Shown here piece after piece: positions 50,493 through 62,246 of a stretch of 64,000 bases of DNA. The notes beneath the pieces are model-generated. The model was not told the origin of the DNA. It did not search any database and saw only the letters and a list, made by a program, of their open reading frames with translations. The stretch is from Rhynchopus sp. YZ270_cl-10 (lineage: Eukaryota). Each line of letters begins with the position of its first letter. Within the stretch, counting starts at the first letter, position 1. Location: assembly GCA_964035575.1 (NCBI GenBank), contig OZ037844.1, positions 1,674,001-1,738,000 of the forward strand, written 5' to 3'. The translations under genes were made by a program, and so were the position numbers.

Positions 50493-52260
50493 CTACATCC
50501 AGAGTGAGTCCATCAGAACTTCAATGTGGTGCGGCAAATCCCCCTGTACGTAATCTCTTCCCTTGCTCGGGTCTGCCACCAAAAAAGGGCTAGTTTGGCC
50601 CCTCGTGAGCCCATCCGCCCGTTGTTCGCCTGTCGGAACCCATGTAGCGGATGCTGTCAACTGCGCTGCTTCACACGTACGGTACAGCGCGCTGAGAATG
50701 AGGTTTGCCGCGTGGTTCTTCGAGTGACCCTTGTTGATGGCGGCCACCACAGCAGCATTGTCTATCATCAGGTTTACGCAGGCTCCCCGCACTTCAACCA
50801 CTTCGACAGTTAAGCACACCACACGGAAAGCCGCCAAAAGTTCTTTTAAAAAGATATGTGTGGACTTAGCCTGGCTGAAAAGACCCTTCAACGCCCACTC
50901 CTTTCGGCCTGCTCCGGGGTTCTCCACAATACACCCCCATGCCGGCGTGCTTGCATCGGACCACGCGGTGATGGTGTGAGTAGGTGTCGATGCGGCTGGG
51001 CGGTATGCGTTCTCCCGACACTTGTACCAGAAAGCGTCCAGTTCATCGCGCACGCACCTTGTGAGGGTAATATCCTTGTCCCACAGTGTCACGTCCACCG
51101 CCAGTTTACGGGCCAGTGCGCTCAGGAACGAAAGTAGGCCGCTGTAGACACACAGTCTGTGAGTTTTGCAGTAAGAACACCACACCAGCGATCCCAGCGT
51201 CTTGTAGAATTGTCGCGCTGTGCATATGCCTGATTTTGCCGCTTCGAGGTGCTTTGACTGCGAGAGTTTACACAGCCACTTCTCCGACATACGAAAGGTT
51301 CCGTTCTGCAGATCGAACTCCAGGCCCAGTGCTACAAAACGCTGCAGCGGTCTGCCGAACTCCGGGTCCGAATTTAACTCCAAACGTATGTTCTTGCAGC
51401 GCTGGTCAAACACCTCGAAACGGGCCCTGCATTGTTCTTCCGAATCACCAAGGATGAACACGTTGTCGATCCAGACGATTGCGTAAGGCCCTGCCAAAAG
51501 AAGAATTGCCCGCTGGACGATGCACGGTGCGAACTTCCATCCCATGGGCAAGACCTTCATCTGCATGGTACGGTGGTGGCCCCTCTGTCCGCCTAGTTTC
51601 ATCGCAAAATAGGGGCGGATGTCCGTTGACAATTCAAACTGGAAGAAAGCGCTTTTGACGTCCGTCATAGCCACCCACTTTGCATCCAGCATACGTTTGA
51701 TGACCCCCGGCATAGTTGGTAAGTTGCAAGGAGGCGGGCGGACCATTTTGTCGTTTAGAGCTGTGCAGTTCAAGATGAAACGCCCCCCCCCCCGAGCTTT
51801 TCTCCACTACAAAAGCCGGCATGGCCAGTACCGGTTTTTCAGAAAACTCCGCCACATCGTATTTACGGAGGTCATTTACGTGCTGTCGCATGTGCTTGGA
51901 CACAACATTTACCGTCGGCGCGTCTTCATCAGGTAAGAACAGGGATAAGAATTTGTCTTTGTCTCGCAAAACATCCAGCGTTCCCTCAAGTGCGTTATCA
52001 GTGTCCAGAGCCTTCAGAGCGTCCAAATCGATCCTGTTCATGCTGATGGGAGCCAGAGCCAGGTCAGAGGGCAGGTGCGGCGCTTGGACATCCCGTATAC
52101 ATCCATCGTACCCCGGTTCCACAAAAGGTCCAAACGTATATTTATCGTCGTCCTCATCTGCGGGTACGGCGTAACGCACTTGACGCAGGGCATCCACCAC
52201 GTCGGTCCCAATCTTCCGGCCTGTGGCGTGAGCGAAATGAGGGGTCAGAGACAAGCTCAC
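50493..52260 (-). pseudogene. RT-RNase H of the minus-strand element, with one frameshift in a G11 run (51783-51793)
   Basis: Removing one G gives KSSGGGRFILNC and joins ORFs 51634-53457 and 50493-51773. Motifs TDVKSAFFQF, LPMGW, WIDN, WSDAS, IDN and RADGLTR. Confidence 0.85.
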
Positions 52261-53201
52261 AGGGACAGGGCCTTCGAAAGTCTGGCTGTCTCGGTGTTGA
52301 TCTCCAAAAGCGCGGAAGGCGCGTAGTGGAGCAAGCTCTTCAATGTTTTGTGTCTCGTCAACGACATTATCTCCTCCAAGCTGTGACCGCCCTGGATCAG
52401 GCAGACTACTGCTCCTCTTCGCAGCGAGTGTCCCTGCAGACTGGCATTTGTTTTTCTCATGTGTCGTATCAGGCGTTCCTTCGGGTCCGGAAAAAGAGGC
52501 GAGAGCGGCGTTGTCGCCGCGCACAACAGAGCAAGCTGTGACCGGGCTGGCTCGCCCAGGCGTACCCCCGTCGTCATCCCCTCGCGGAAGGGGTCGCTCT
52601 TGCTTCCGCTCCAGTCGATGCACACGAACTCCTCCCCCTCTGGAAAGGTGAGGTTCTCGCGAGTCAGACGCAGAGTATCTCCGAGCCTGGCCGCTGCAGT
52701 CCACGTGATTTGTAACGCTAGTCGTATATGTTGGCTTGTGCAGGTCTCCAGAATGTTCCGCATCTCCTCTTTTGTAACAGGAGGGGCCTGTTTGTGTGGT
52801 CGAAGAGCGCCCCCCCGCTTGAGACTTCGCTGCAGGTCCCTTAGCACCACCGAGGATGCCTCCAGCAACCCTCTTCGTCGCCCCCAAGCGAGGCATGTGT
52901 TTGAGTATTGCAGCCGTGACGATGGTTTTATATGCCCTTGACGTACTATCCAAGTGGCGATGGTTATGTCCCACGGTAGCAGTTGCCCTGTCGCTTCCTG
53001 CCACTGCGTCCGGAATAGTTCCACCCTCCGTCCGACACTCCGTTGTTGGGCCCATGTGCTTGGTGCCAATGCTCCGCCGAGTTGTGTCTGCAGCATCATC
53101 GTCAGTTTTTCGGCTTCGGTCTCTGTGACTGTCGGCTCCACGAGGCATGGACGTCCTCGCAGGTTCTTGGGGGTGGGTTCCAGAATACGAGACAGGGGCA
53201 T
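52257..53201 (-). CDS. Tyrosine recombinase of the minus-strand element
   Basis: TAAARLGD, GSKSDP, HSLRRG and TRHKTLKSLLHY motifs. ATG at 53201 follows a pyrimidine tract. Confidence 0.88.
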   Translation of the reverse strand: MPLSRILEPTPKNLRGRPCLVEPTVTETEAEKLTMMLQTQLGGALAPSTWAQQRSVGRRVELFRTQWQEATGQLLPWDITIATWIVRQGHIKPSSRLQYSNTCLAWGRRRGLLEASSVVLRDLQRSLKRGGALRPHKQAPPVTKEEMRNILETCTSQHIRLALQITWTAAARLGDTLRLTRENLTFPEGEEFVCIDWSGSKSDPFREGMTTGVRLGEPARSQLALLCAATTPLSPLFPDPKERLIRHMRKTNASLQGHSLRRGAVVCLIQGGHSLEEIMSLTRHKTLKSLLHYAPSALLEINTETARLSKALSL

Positions 53202-53688
53202 TGTGTTGGGAAAGGGAGGGGATTGGGAGGGGTTGAGTAGGGGGAAGGGAGGGGGGGACAACGTTGTGGAGATTACTTGGTTCCTTTTCCACCCTTTCCG
53301 CCCTTTCCGCCCTTCCCTTGCCTGCGAAACGGACGCTGTTTTGCTCCTCCGTGGGGGTTGTTCTTTTCCCTTCTGCGGGCTTCTCGGTGGGCGCTGCGCA
53401 GGTACTCCGGCTGGTCGGTCCCGCCACACACTTCGTTTTCCACGATGAGCGCTGCATCCCATCTGCCTTCCATATTGCCCATCTTCAGTGCCTCCAGACG
53501 CCCAAATGCAGCTTCGCCGATGTCCTGCAAAACCTTGTCGGCAGCGTCGCCATCGTCCGTCAGACCGATGTGTGTTGCTACCATCCCGAGGATTCTGAGG
53601 AGGCTGTTGGTTTCTCCCTTGGCTGCCTTCGAGCAAGGACCCTCGGTCAGGCACCTGAATTCCTCTCGGAAAGGAATCAGGCCCCGTT

Positions 53689-54753
53689 GGGGTTCATTTA
53701 CGGGGTTCATTTTTTTTTACGGGGTTCATTTTTTTTTACAAAAGGGGTTCATTTTTTTTTACAAAGGGGTTCATTTTTTTTTACAAAGGGGTTCATTTTT
53801 TTTTACACAAAAAACTATGTTAAGACGAAATCCTACCGATGTGCCTACATGGGGCGTCCCCCGTCAGTAGTGCGCCAGATGAGGGGCATGAAGCGAAATG
53901 CGGTGAAAGGTGCAGGCCTGTTCGCAGCAGGTCTGGAGAGTTGTGGCAACTCGTCTGCTGAGCGTGTGAAGTATCAAGGCAGAGGTTCGCTGTCCAAGTA
54001 AAACCTACCCTGGTCATCCTCTGCCTGTCTTGTTCTCTGTTGTGATTGTTTGTGTTTGTGGGCGGGATCAGATGGGTGGAGGGTGTTTACTTTGTGTTTA
54101 GCTCGGAGAAGTGGCTTACCCGCCCACTCTCTGTTATTTATTCAGTGTCATTTTTTCATTCATCCCCAAAGTTTGTAGACAGAGTCAAGGCCACCTTGGC
54201 CAAAAGGGTTTTTTCACCACACTTTTCTTTTGCTTCCATTCGTGGAAGTCTTGTTTTTCTTCTGTTCCTGGCCTGACGTGTGTTCAACAGGTGTGCTATT
54301 TTTACCAAGTGGAATCCATTTTTCTTTTTCCAGGGGAGGCACTAAAACAAACCATTCTGCAGACAACAAAGCAAAGGCAATGTGTTTTTTATTCTCCCTT
54401 CCCTTCTTTTAAGTAAGGAGGATTAGGTCTTCTTTTTTTTCCTTTTTTTGCCCCAGAAGTGTGACGCCTGTGTATTCAAATTGATTAAAAAGAATAAAAA
54501 ACAAACACATAATGCAGTTTCTTGTTTTGTATAAAATTCTGTTGGCTCTTCCGTACTCTTCGCCCGCCTTTTATACAAAACTTGAAACACCGACCATTTT
54601 TGGTCATCATTTTTTCCTTTTCATTTTTCCATTTCCTTTTTCCTTTTCCATTTCCTGTTCATTTTATTGTCTTTATTGTCTTCTCCATTTCTTCCTTTTT
54701 CCTTTCTATTCTCATAAAAAACTAGTCCAAGTACAAAAAAGAGAAAAAAAAAG
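53689..54753 (+). mobile_element. Non-autonomous A-tailed retroposon (SINE-like), copy 1
   Basis: Near-identical to 55820-56787, with five tandem GGGGTTCATTT..AC units at the 5' end. No matching TSD. Confidence 0.8.
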
Positions 54754-55819
54754 AAGTCATCGAGCAGCACCTGACGATAGCAGCAACTCCAGCGGCGGCA
54801 GCAAAGGCGGCGGCAGCACCACCTTCAGAGGTATCGGCTACTACTACTACAGCTGCAGTAGTGGCAGCTTCAGCTCGAGCACGGGCACTGAAAGCAGCGG
54901 CAAGCAGAGCTGGGGAAGTAACCCCAGTGGGGTCAGCGGCAACGGGACCTACTACAGCAGCGCCAAAAGCAGTGGCTATTTTTTGCGGGATAGTGGCGGG
55001 GATGTGGGACGCTCTGATAGCAGTGGTAGAGGTGGCAGCAGCAGCAGCAGCAGAAACAGCAACCACAGTAACAGCAGCAACAGCTACTACAACAGCAGCT
55101 GCTACAGTTTCGGCTACAGCAACTGCTACAATTACTACTGCAGCAAGAGCGAGAGCACCTGCAACTGCAACTGCAACGACTACGGCATGAACAACAACAG
55201 CAACTGCTACAGCAACAGCCATCACTGCTGCAAGAGCACCAGCAACAGCACCAACAACTGCACCTGCAACAACCGCAAGAGCTACAACTACAGCAGTTAC
55301 AGCAACTGCAGCAGCCAAGGCTGGAGTGAGAGAGTGGGTGCAGGCGGTGCCGGGCATGGTGGAGGCTCAGTCAGGAGTGGGTATGGAGTTTTAGACGGCG
55401 ACGATGATGGCCCCCGCCCCCCCGGCAGCAGCAGCTCCTTCAGCCACAAGAACCTCAGCAACAGTCTCCTCAGCGGTGGCAGCGGGAGCCCCCTTCCCCC
55501 CCATTATTACCCCATAAAGAGGCCTTTTGAGCCCAACAACCCAAGCAGCTACAGCTTTGATAGCAGTAACAAAAATTTTTGTGGAGGCAACACAGCAAAA
55601 AACTGTTGTCATTATAGACCACACCCCCCTCCCCCCCATGATAACCCCAAAAAGAGGCACGGTATGCCCAACCATTTCAGTGGCTGCAACTGTGATAGCA
55701 GCAAAAACGTACTCCTCGGAGTCCTGGGTAGGGTCCCGGTATCACCCCTGGCGTGCAGCAGCGGTAGCAGCACCACCTACAGCATCAGCAACTGCAGCAG
55801 CAATAGCACAAGTGTATCT

Positions 55820-56787
55820 TTTTTTAGGGGTTCATTTTTTTTTACACAAAAAAATATGTTAAGACGAAATCCTACCGATGTGCCTACATGGGGCGTCCCC
55901 CGTCAGTAGTGCGCCAGATGAGGGGCACGAAGCGAAATGCGGTGAAAGGTGCAGGCCTGTTTTGCAGCAGGTCTGGAGAGTTGTGGCAACTCGTCTGCTG
56001 AGCGTGTGAAGTATCAAGGCAGAGGTTCGCTGTTCAAGTAAAACCTACCCTGGTCATCCTCTGCCTGTCTTGGTTTCTGTCGTGATTGTTTGTGTTTGTG
56101 GGCGGGATCAGATGGGTGGAGGGTGTTTACTTTGTGTTTAGCTCGGAGAAGTGGCTTACCCGCCCACTCTCTGTTATTTATTCAGTGTCATTTTTTCATT
56201 CATCCCCAAAGTTTGTAGACAGAGTCAAGACCACCTTGGCCAAAAGGGTTTTTTCACCACACTTTTCTTTTGCTTCCATTCGTGGAAGCGTTTGCTTTTC
56301 TTCTGTTCCTGGCCTGACGTGTGTTCAACAGGTGTGCTATTTTTACCAAGTGGAATCCATTTTTCTTTTTCCAGGGGAGGCACTAAAACAAACCATTCTG
56401 CAGACAACAAAGCAAAGGCAATGTGTTTTTTATTCTCCCTTCCCTTCTTTTAAGTAAGGAGGATTAGGTCTTCTTTTTTTCCTTTTTTTGCCCCAGAAGT
56501 GTGACGCCTGTGTATTCAAATTGATCAAAAAGAATAAAAAACAAACACATAATGCAGTTTCTTGTTTTGTATAAAACTCTGTTGGCTCTACCGTACTCTT
56601 CGCCCGCCTTTTATACAAAACTTGAAACACCGACCATTTTTGGTCATCATTTTTTCCTTTTCATTTTTCCATTTCCTTTTTCCTTTTCCATTTCCTGTTC
56701 ATTTTATTGTCTTTATTGTCTTCTCCATTTCTTCCTTTTTCCTTTCTAATCTCATAAAAAACTAGACCAAGTACAAAAAAAAAAAAA
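55820..56787 (+). mobile_element. Non-autonomous A-tailed retroposon, copy 2
   Basis: Poly(A) tail and a 12-bp TSD ACAAGTGTATCT at 55808-55819 and 56788-56799. Confidence 0.9.
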
Positions 56788-57982
56788 ACAAGTGTATCTA
56801 TAGGCGCCTACAGCAACACCAGCTCCTGCAGCGACGCCAACAGCAACAGCAATGACTACAGCAGCTGCAGCATCAACATCATGGGTGACGGTGTGAGAGG
56901 TATGCTGGTGTTCGGGGACAGCCTTGAGGGGCTTGAGGGTCAGAGTTGCTGTGTGACGATGCGGGTGTGGCGGACCTTTCTCACCCCCACTTTCCAAAAG
57001 GGGAACGTAAAGTTAGAGCTATGGTTCGACTGGTGGTGCAACCTCTGGGAGGTCTTCACCTCCTTGCGCCAACCAGACCCCTGCTGGGTAGCCGAGGCAC
57101 CTGAGTGGGGAGTGTTTGTGTCTTTCGCGGTCCTGGATCTGTGGAAGGACAGACGCGCCCCCACCCTCAGTCTCCTCCTTTTGTGGCTGGTGGGTAGGAG
57201 GAGGCCCAGGAGGTTGTGCAGGGGTCCCCGGTCTTTGAACTGGGCCAAAGCACAGGCGGGTAAGCTCCGTCGGCGCAAGCTCCGTCGGCGCAAGGCGCCC
57301 TGCAATCGTCCGCCCTCTCCGTTCGCACCCGCAGGTTCCCGCAGTTTCAGGGGTGCTGACGCTGTGAGAGGGGCAGTGCAGTGTGCGGCCATCTGGGTAC
57401 TGGTGGTTGTGGGCTCTGAGCTTGGGAGGTCAGCGCCACATGCTTTGGGTTGTGTGCTGTTTCGGGACGCGGAGTTGCTGGGGGTGGGGCTGCTGCGGGG
57501 ACTGTGCAGATTACGCAGGGGAGGGCGGTGGCTGGAAGGGGTGAGCGAGCGAGTGCGCCGATGGACCGGAGGGATCCGAGTGGCTGCCAGCTTGGTGAGG
57601 GCCAGTGTGCTGAGGGTGAGTCAGTTTTCGGTGAGTGCGGCCGGGTGGGTTTGGGTTGCATGGTCCGCAGGCGGTTTTTTGGCGGGTGTTGTGGCACTGG
57701 TCGGTGTCGCGCGCCCACTTGGCTGGGTTCTTCTCTTGGAGGTGTACCGTGTGGCAACACTCATGTGGACTCGTAGGATCGGGATGGCTTTTGGCATGCT
57801 GGCCTTATCCCTACTGGTCTTGCTGTCACTGTTGTGGCGAGCGGTGACGCCCTGGGACCTGCTCCCTGCCCCTGCTGATCCGAAGCACCCGATAGGCTTG
57901 TCCCCGTACGCTTTGTCGGGCGGCTGTGCGAATAGGGAGTCGCCTGCGTACCATGCCGACGCCGTGGTAGTGGACAGAGTCC

Positions 57983-58515
57983 GCAAACCCTTTCTTTTGC
58001 TTCCATTCGTGGAAGCGTTTGCTTTTCTTCTGTTCCTGGCCTGACGTGTGTTCAACAGGTGTGCTATTTTTACTGAGTGGAATCCATTTTTCTTTTTCCA
58101 GGTGAGGCACTAAAACAAGACATCCTGCAGACAACGAAACAATGGGCACGTGTGTTTTTTATTCTCCCTTCCCTTCTTTTAAGTAAGGAGGATTAGGTCT
58201 TCTTTTTTTCCTTTTTTTGCCCCATAAGTGTGACGCCTGTGTATTCAAATTGATTAAAAAGAATAAAAAACAAACACACGATGCAGTTTCTTGTTTTGTT
58301 TAGGAGGAAGTGGCCACTTACTTTACTTTACCGCCCACCTTTTATACTAAAACTTGAAACACCGACCTTTTTTGGTCATCATTTTTTCATTTCCTTTTTC
58401 CTTTTCCATTTTCCTGTTCATTTTATTGTCTTTATTGTTTACTCCATTCTTCCTTTTTCCTTTCTTCTATTCTCACATACAAAAAAAGACCAAGTACATA
58501 AAAGAGAAAAAAAAA
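57983..58515 (+). mobile_element. Non-autonomous A-tailed retroposon, copy 3 (5'-truncated)
   Basis: Matches the 3' half of copies 1 and 2, with an 11-bp TSD GGACAGAGTCC at 57972-57982 and 58516-58526. Confidence 0.88.
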
Positions 58516-61500
58516 GGACAGAGTCCTGACCAGATACGGAGCCCAGCGGAACGTCACCTCCTCCACCAACGACTGCGGATACCTGGCGTTGCATTACTGG
58601 GATAGCGTAGCTCAGCCGGACGTTAAGGCCCTGCGCAAGGTGGTTGTGGATGCCGCTACGTCGGTGCCCGATAGGATGGTTCAGGTTTTGGGAAGTGGAC
58701 TGGCCGTCACGGAGTTTGTAAACGGTGTTTCAGGCACTGCTCACCTAAATCACATGGGGCTCCAGCTCTTCGCCACTTCGCAGCAGAAGAACATCGTGGT
58801 GGTGCAGGCTAGTGAGGACGACCCGCTGGTGCTCATCTCCCCGGGGTGCCGTTTCCTGACGGCCGCGGCCATTGCTAAGTTCCAAGACACGTTGGATACA
58901 GTGGTCATCAGCCTCTGCGGCTCGCATTTCGAATACGTGTCCGTAGGGGCGGACAACGCGAATTCGAAGGAGTCCGTCGCATGGAAGATGCGTAAGGCTG
59001 CGCGAGACGCCGTTTTGGACCCGGCCCAGAAGATCGGCCCCATCCCCACCACCACCAGGACGACGGCGCCCCTATCAACTAAGTTGGGGAACATCAACGC
59101 CGAGCGAGTGTTCTGCCCCTTCGACAAGTGCCGCCAGGGAATCCTGTCATCCTTCAAGGGTGAGGGGCTGTGCAGGAAGAGCATCCTGGACCACATGCGC
59201 CGGCACCAAGCAGAGGACTCTTATGTGTCGGACGACCTCCTCGGACACCTCGGGATGGCCCGCTGCGCCAATGATCAATGCGACAAAATCATCCCAGGTT
59301 CTAGAGAGTGGTGCAACCTATGTGAGGTGGCTTTTGGCGAGGCGGGTTTCACGGCCCCGGACCGACGTGATCGGGGCGGACTCACGGCCGAAGATGACCT
59401 CCCTACTTTCGAGGCTATTGGCACCACGCGTGTGCAACTCAAAGGGGGCTGTCCGGAGGCTTACCTTGAGCAGTATTCGCGACTTTTCCTGAAGGTTTTG
59501 CTGGACATACTGTCACACCAGGACGAGCTCGCGTGGAAAAAATTTGCTTTGTTTTTCACGGTCCTCCACAGAGTGCGGTCGGATCGAGGGGGGGAGGGGC
59601 AGGCCAAGCGTCATTCTCGCGGTTGGGCGAAGGATTTGCAGCTCTGGGAAGAAGGGAAATTCGTCACTTTGTGGAACGACACCGTTGAGGGCCGCAAACC
59701 TCCTGCTGCGTGGACTGACGGCGATACCGTAGAGGGGAAGAAGAAGCGAGCGGTGGCGAAGGCAAGGGCGGGTCTGCCAAGCCAGGCCATGACGAGCGCC
59801 ACCAGCGCGGGTGTTGCCCCCCACACGAAGGTGACTTTGGAGAAGCTGGAGGCCAAGCACCCCTCACCCGACGCCGATCCGGGGGTTTTCGATTGGCCGG
59901 ATACAGTTGACGTTCCGCCTGTGACGCCGCTTGAGTTGATGAAGGCCATGCGCAGCATGCCGCGATCGTCCGCAGCTGGCCCCTCCCACGTCACGGGAGC
60001 TCACCTCCGTACCCTCTGTTTGCAGCGTCGGGCTGGGTCTAAGGGCGCTCTAGGGGCCTTGGCGGCTGTACTCTCCTCGCTGGCCAAAGGGGAGGCCCCG
60101 CCTGAGGTGTCCCATTTCCTGGCAGGGGCGAACCTGGTTGCTTTACGGAAGTTGGCAAAGACTCCCGATCAGGAGGAGGATGTGCGGCCCATTGCCGTTG
60201 GAGACACGCTCAGACGGCTGGTGGGCAAGATCCTGGCGACTCGGGTGCGTACTCAGTCCCGTTCCATCTTCCTCAGGGGGAACCAAGTGGGAGTGGCAAT
60301 GCCCAGGGGTACTTCAGCGGCGGCGGATGTCATTGCGCAGTACGCAGAGCGCCACAAGGAGGATGACAAGGTAATCCTCAAAATAGATTACCGCAATGCC
60401 TTTAACAGCATTGATCGGACCGAGATGCTTCGCGCCGTGGATGCACACCTCCCCGAGCTGGCTCCCTGGGTGAGGTGGTGTTACATGTCTCCATCTTGCC
60501 TTTTCTTCGGCGAGGCCATCGTGAGGTCACAGAGGGGGGCTCAGCAAGGGGACCCCCTCGGTCCTCTGCTGTTTGCCCTCACCATACACCAAATGACGTT
60601 GGAGCTCCGTAGTGTGCCGGACTTGGATGGTACGTTGTGGTACCTGGACGACGGCTCCTTGCGTGGCCCCCCAGAGGCGGTGTACAAGGCATACCAGATT
60701 CTGCTAGAACGCAGTGTCCGCCTGGGTCTGGAGGTGAACGAGAGTAAGTGTGAGCTCGTTGCGATGGGGGGTCTGACGGCGCAACAACTTGGACAGGTCG
60801 GCTTTGTGATCCGGGACGATAAGCAGCAGGGAGGGGAGGGTTTCAAGCTGCTAAGCCACACGGGTTTCGAATTTTTGGGTCTGCCGATTGGAACCAGTGC
60901 GTATTGTGAGGAGTACATGCTGGTAAAGATGGAGACAACGCGGTCTAACCTCAGGGCCCTCATCGAACTGGATGACGCGCAGGTGGCGTACTACATCCTG
61001 CGTTACTGCGAAGGCTTCTGCCGCATGGTTTTTTACATGCGTGGGGTGACGGTGGTGGCCACAAAGTACCTGGGGATTTTCGACGAGGAGATCGGCAAGT
61101 GCCTCGCTGCCCTCCTGCACGACGCTCACGGTAGCCTTCCGCAGCTCGCCAGGGACCAGGCTGCCCTCCCCATTGCAATGGGAGGTCTAGGGATACGCAG
61201 AACCCGGGATCACTGGTCGGCAGCAGCTCTTGCGTCCCAAGCTGGGAACTTCCAGTTGGCGCAAACCCTCGACCCACAGTACGCCTGGGATGCTCTGAGA
61301 TGGAAGCATGCTGTTTCAGACTACAACGAGAGGGTGGACCTGAAGTACAAACTCAACACAGACCAGCCCACCCAGCTCCCTGTCCAGCAGAAGCTCTCGG
61401 CGGCTATTGTTGATGCGCAGGCAGACAAGCTCATGCTGGCCTTGAGCACGAGGGACCGTGCCCGCATGAAGTCCCTTCTCCTCCCCATGTCCGGGGCGTA

Positions 61501-62246
61501 CCTCACAGCGATCCCCTCCAACGCCAACATGTTGGAGAGCACCACCTTTGCGGCGGTGACGCGTTTCCGGCTAGGAGTGGCCATCCATGTGCCGGACTCC
61601 GTCTGCTCTTGTTGCTCTGGTGCGGGGACGCAACTTAAGATGGACGCGTATGGGGACCACTCCTTCGCCTGTTCCCACAGGGGATGCAGAATCCGCCGGC
61701 ATGATGCCCTGAAACTTGCTCTGGGGGAGGCCGCGACAGGTGCTGGTCTAGGCCCGGTGATCGAGCAGCGTACAGGGGAACCAGGTGAGGGTGGCCAGCG
61801 ACCAGCTGACATTTACCTGCCAGGAGGCGTATCTGAGAGCGCGCCGCGGTGTTTGGATGTGACCCATGTCGCCCCGACCCTGCCCTCCTACCGCCGGCCC
61901 GCTGCGAAGTTTATTGGGTGGACGGCGAAGACTCAAGGTCAGAGGAAGAGGGAGAAGCACGAGTTGTACTGCCGGCAGCACAGGATGTCCTTTTCGCCGG
62001 TGGTGTTTGAGGCCTTTGGCGGAGCTGGGGACGAGGCGAATTTGCTGTTAGCTCAGCTGGGTGGTCTGGCAAAAGATGTGTCTTCCCGTCTGGTGGGGTC
62101 GGCTGAGACGCGTATCCGCGAGCGGGTAGCTATTCGCTATCAGAAAGAAGTCGGTGCCTCTTTCCTGCGTAGGGGGGCTTTGTGCTTGGGGATTTCGACC
62201 ATTGGTTCCCACAAGGAAAGCGGAACCCCGGAAGAGACGGACCCAC

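Larger units (their letters stand above)
50493..53690 (-). mobile_element. Divergent tyrosine-recombinase retrotransposon (gag 3' part-YR-RT/RH), 5'-truncated
   Basis: Same gene order as elements 1 and 2. The gag remnant (53273-53690) ends in GKGGKGGKG and its 5' end abuts SINE copy 1. Confidence 0.85.

Noticed and set aside
51783..51793. Programmed frameshift in the minus-strand RT
   Set aside because: It lies in a G11 homopolymer inside the RT domain; a sequencing error or slippage mutation is more likely.
54722..55357. Ala/Val-rich minus-strand ORF and Ala/Thr-rich plus-strand ORF
   Set aside because: They are shadow frames of the (AGC/AAC)-rich region; only the Ser-rich frame is continuous with the retroelement ORF.
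55808..56803. SINE copy 2 as a canonical GT-AG intron
   Set aside because: The GT/AG pairs I tried in and beside the TSDs shift the frame, and the acceptor side is poly(A) rather than pyrimidine-rich.
57845..57945. HDV-like ribozyme (GCGAATAGGGAG)
   Set aside because: P1 and P3 pairings were not found, and the segment is in-frame coding sequence of the CRE ORF.
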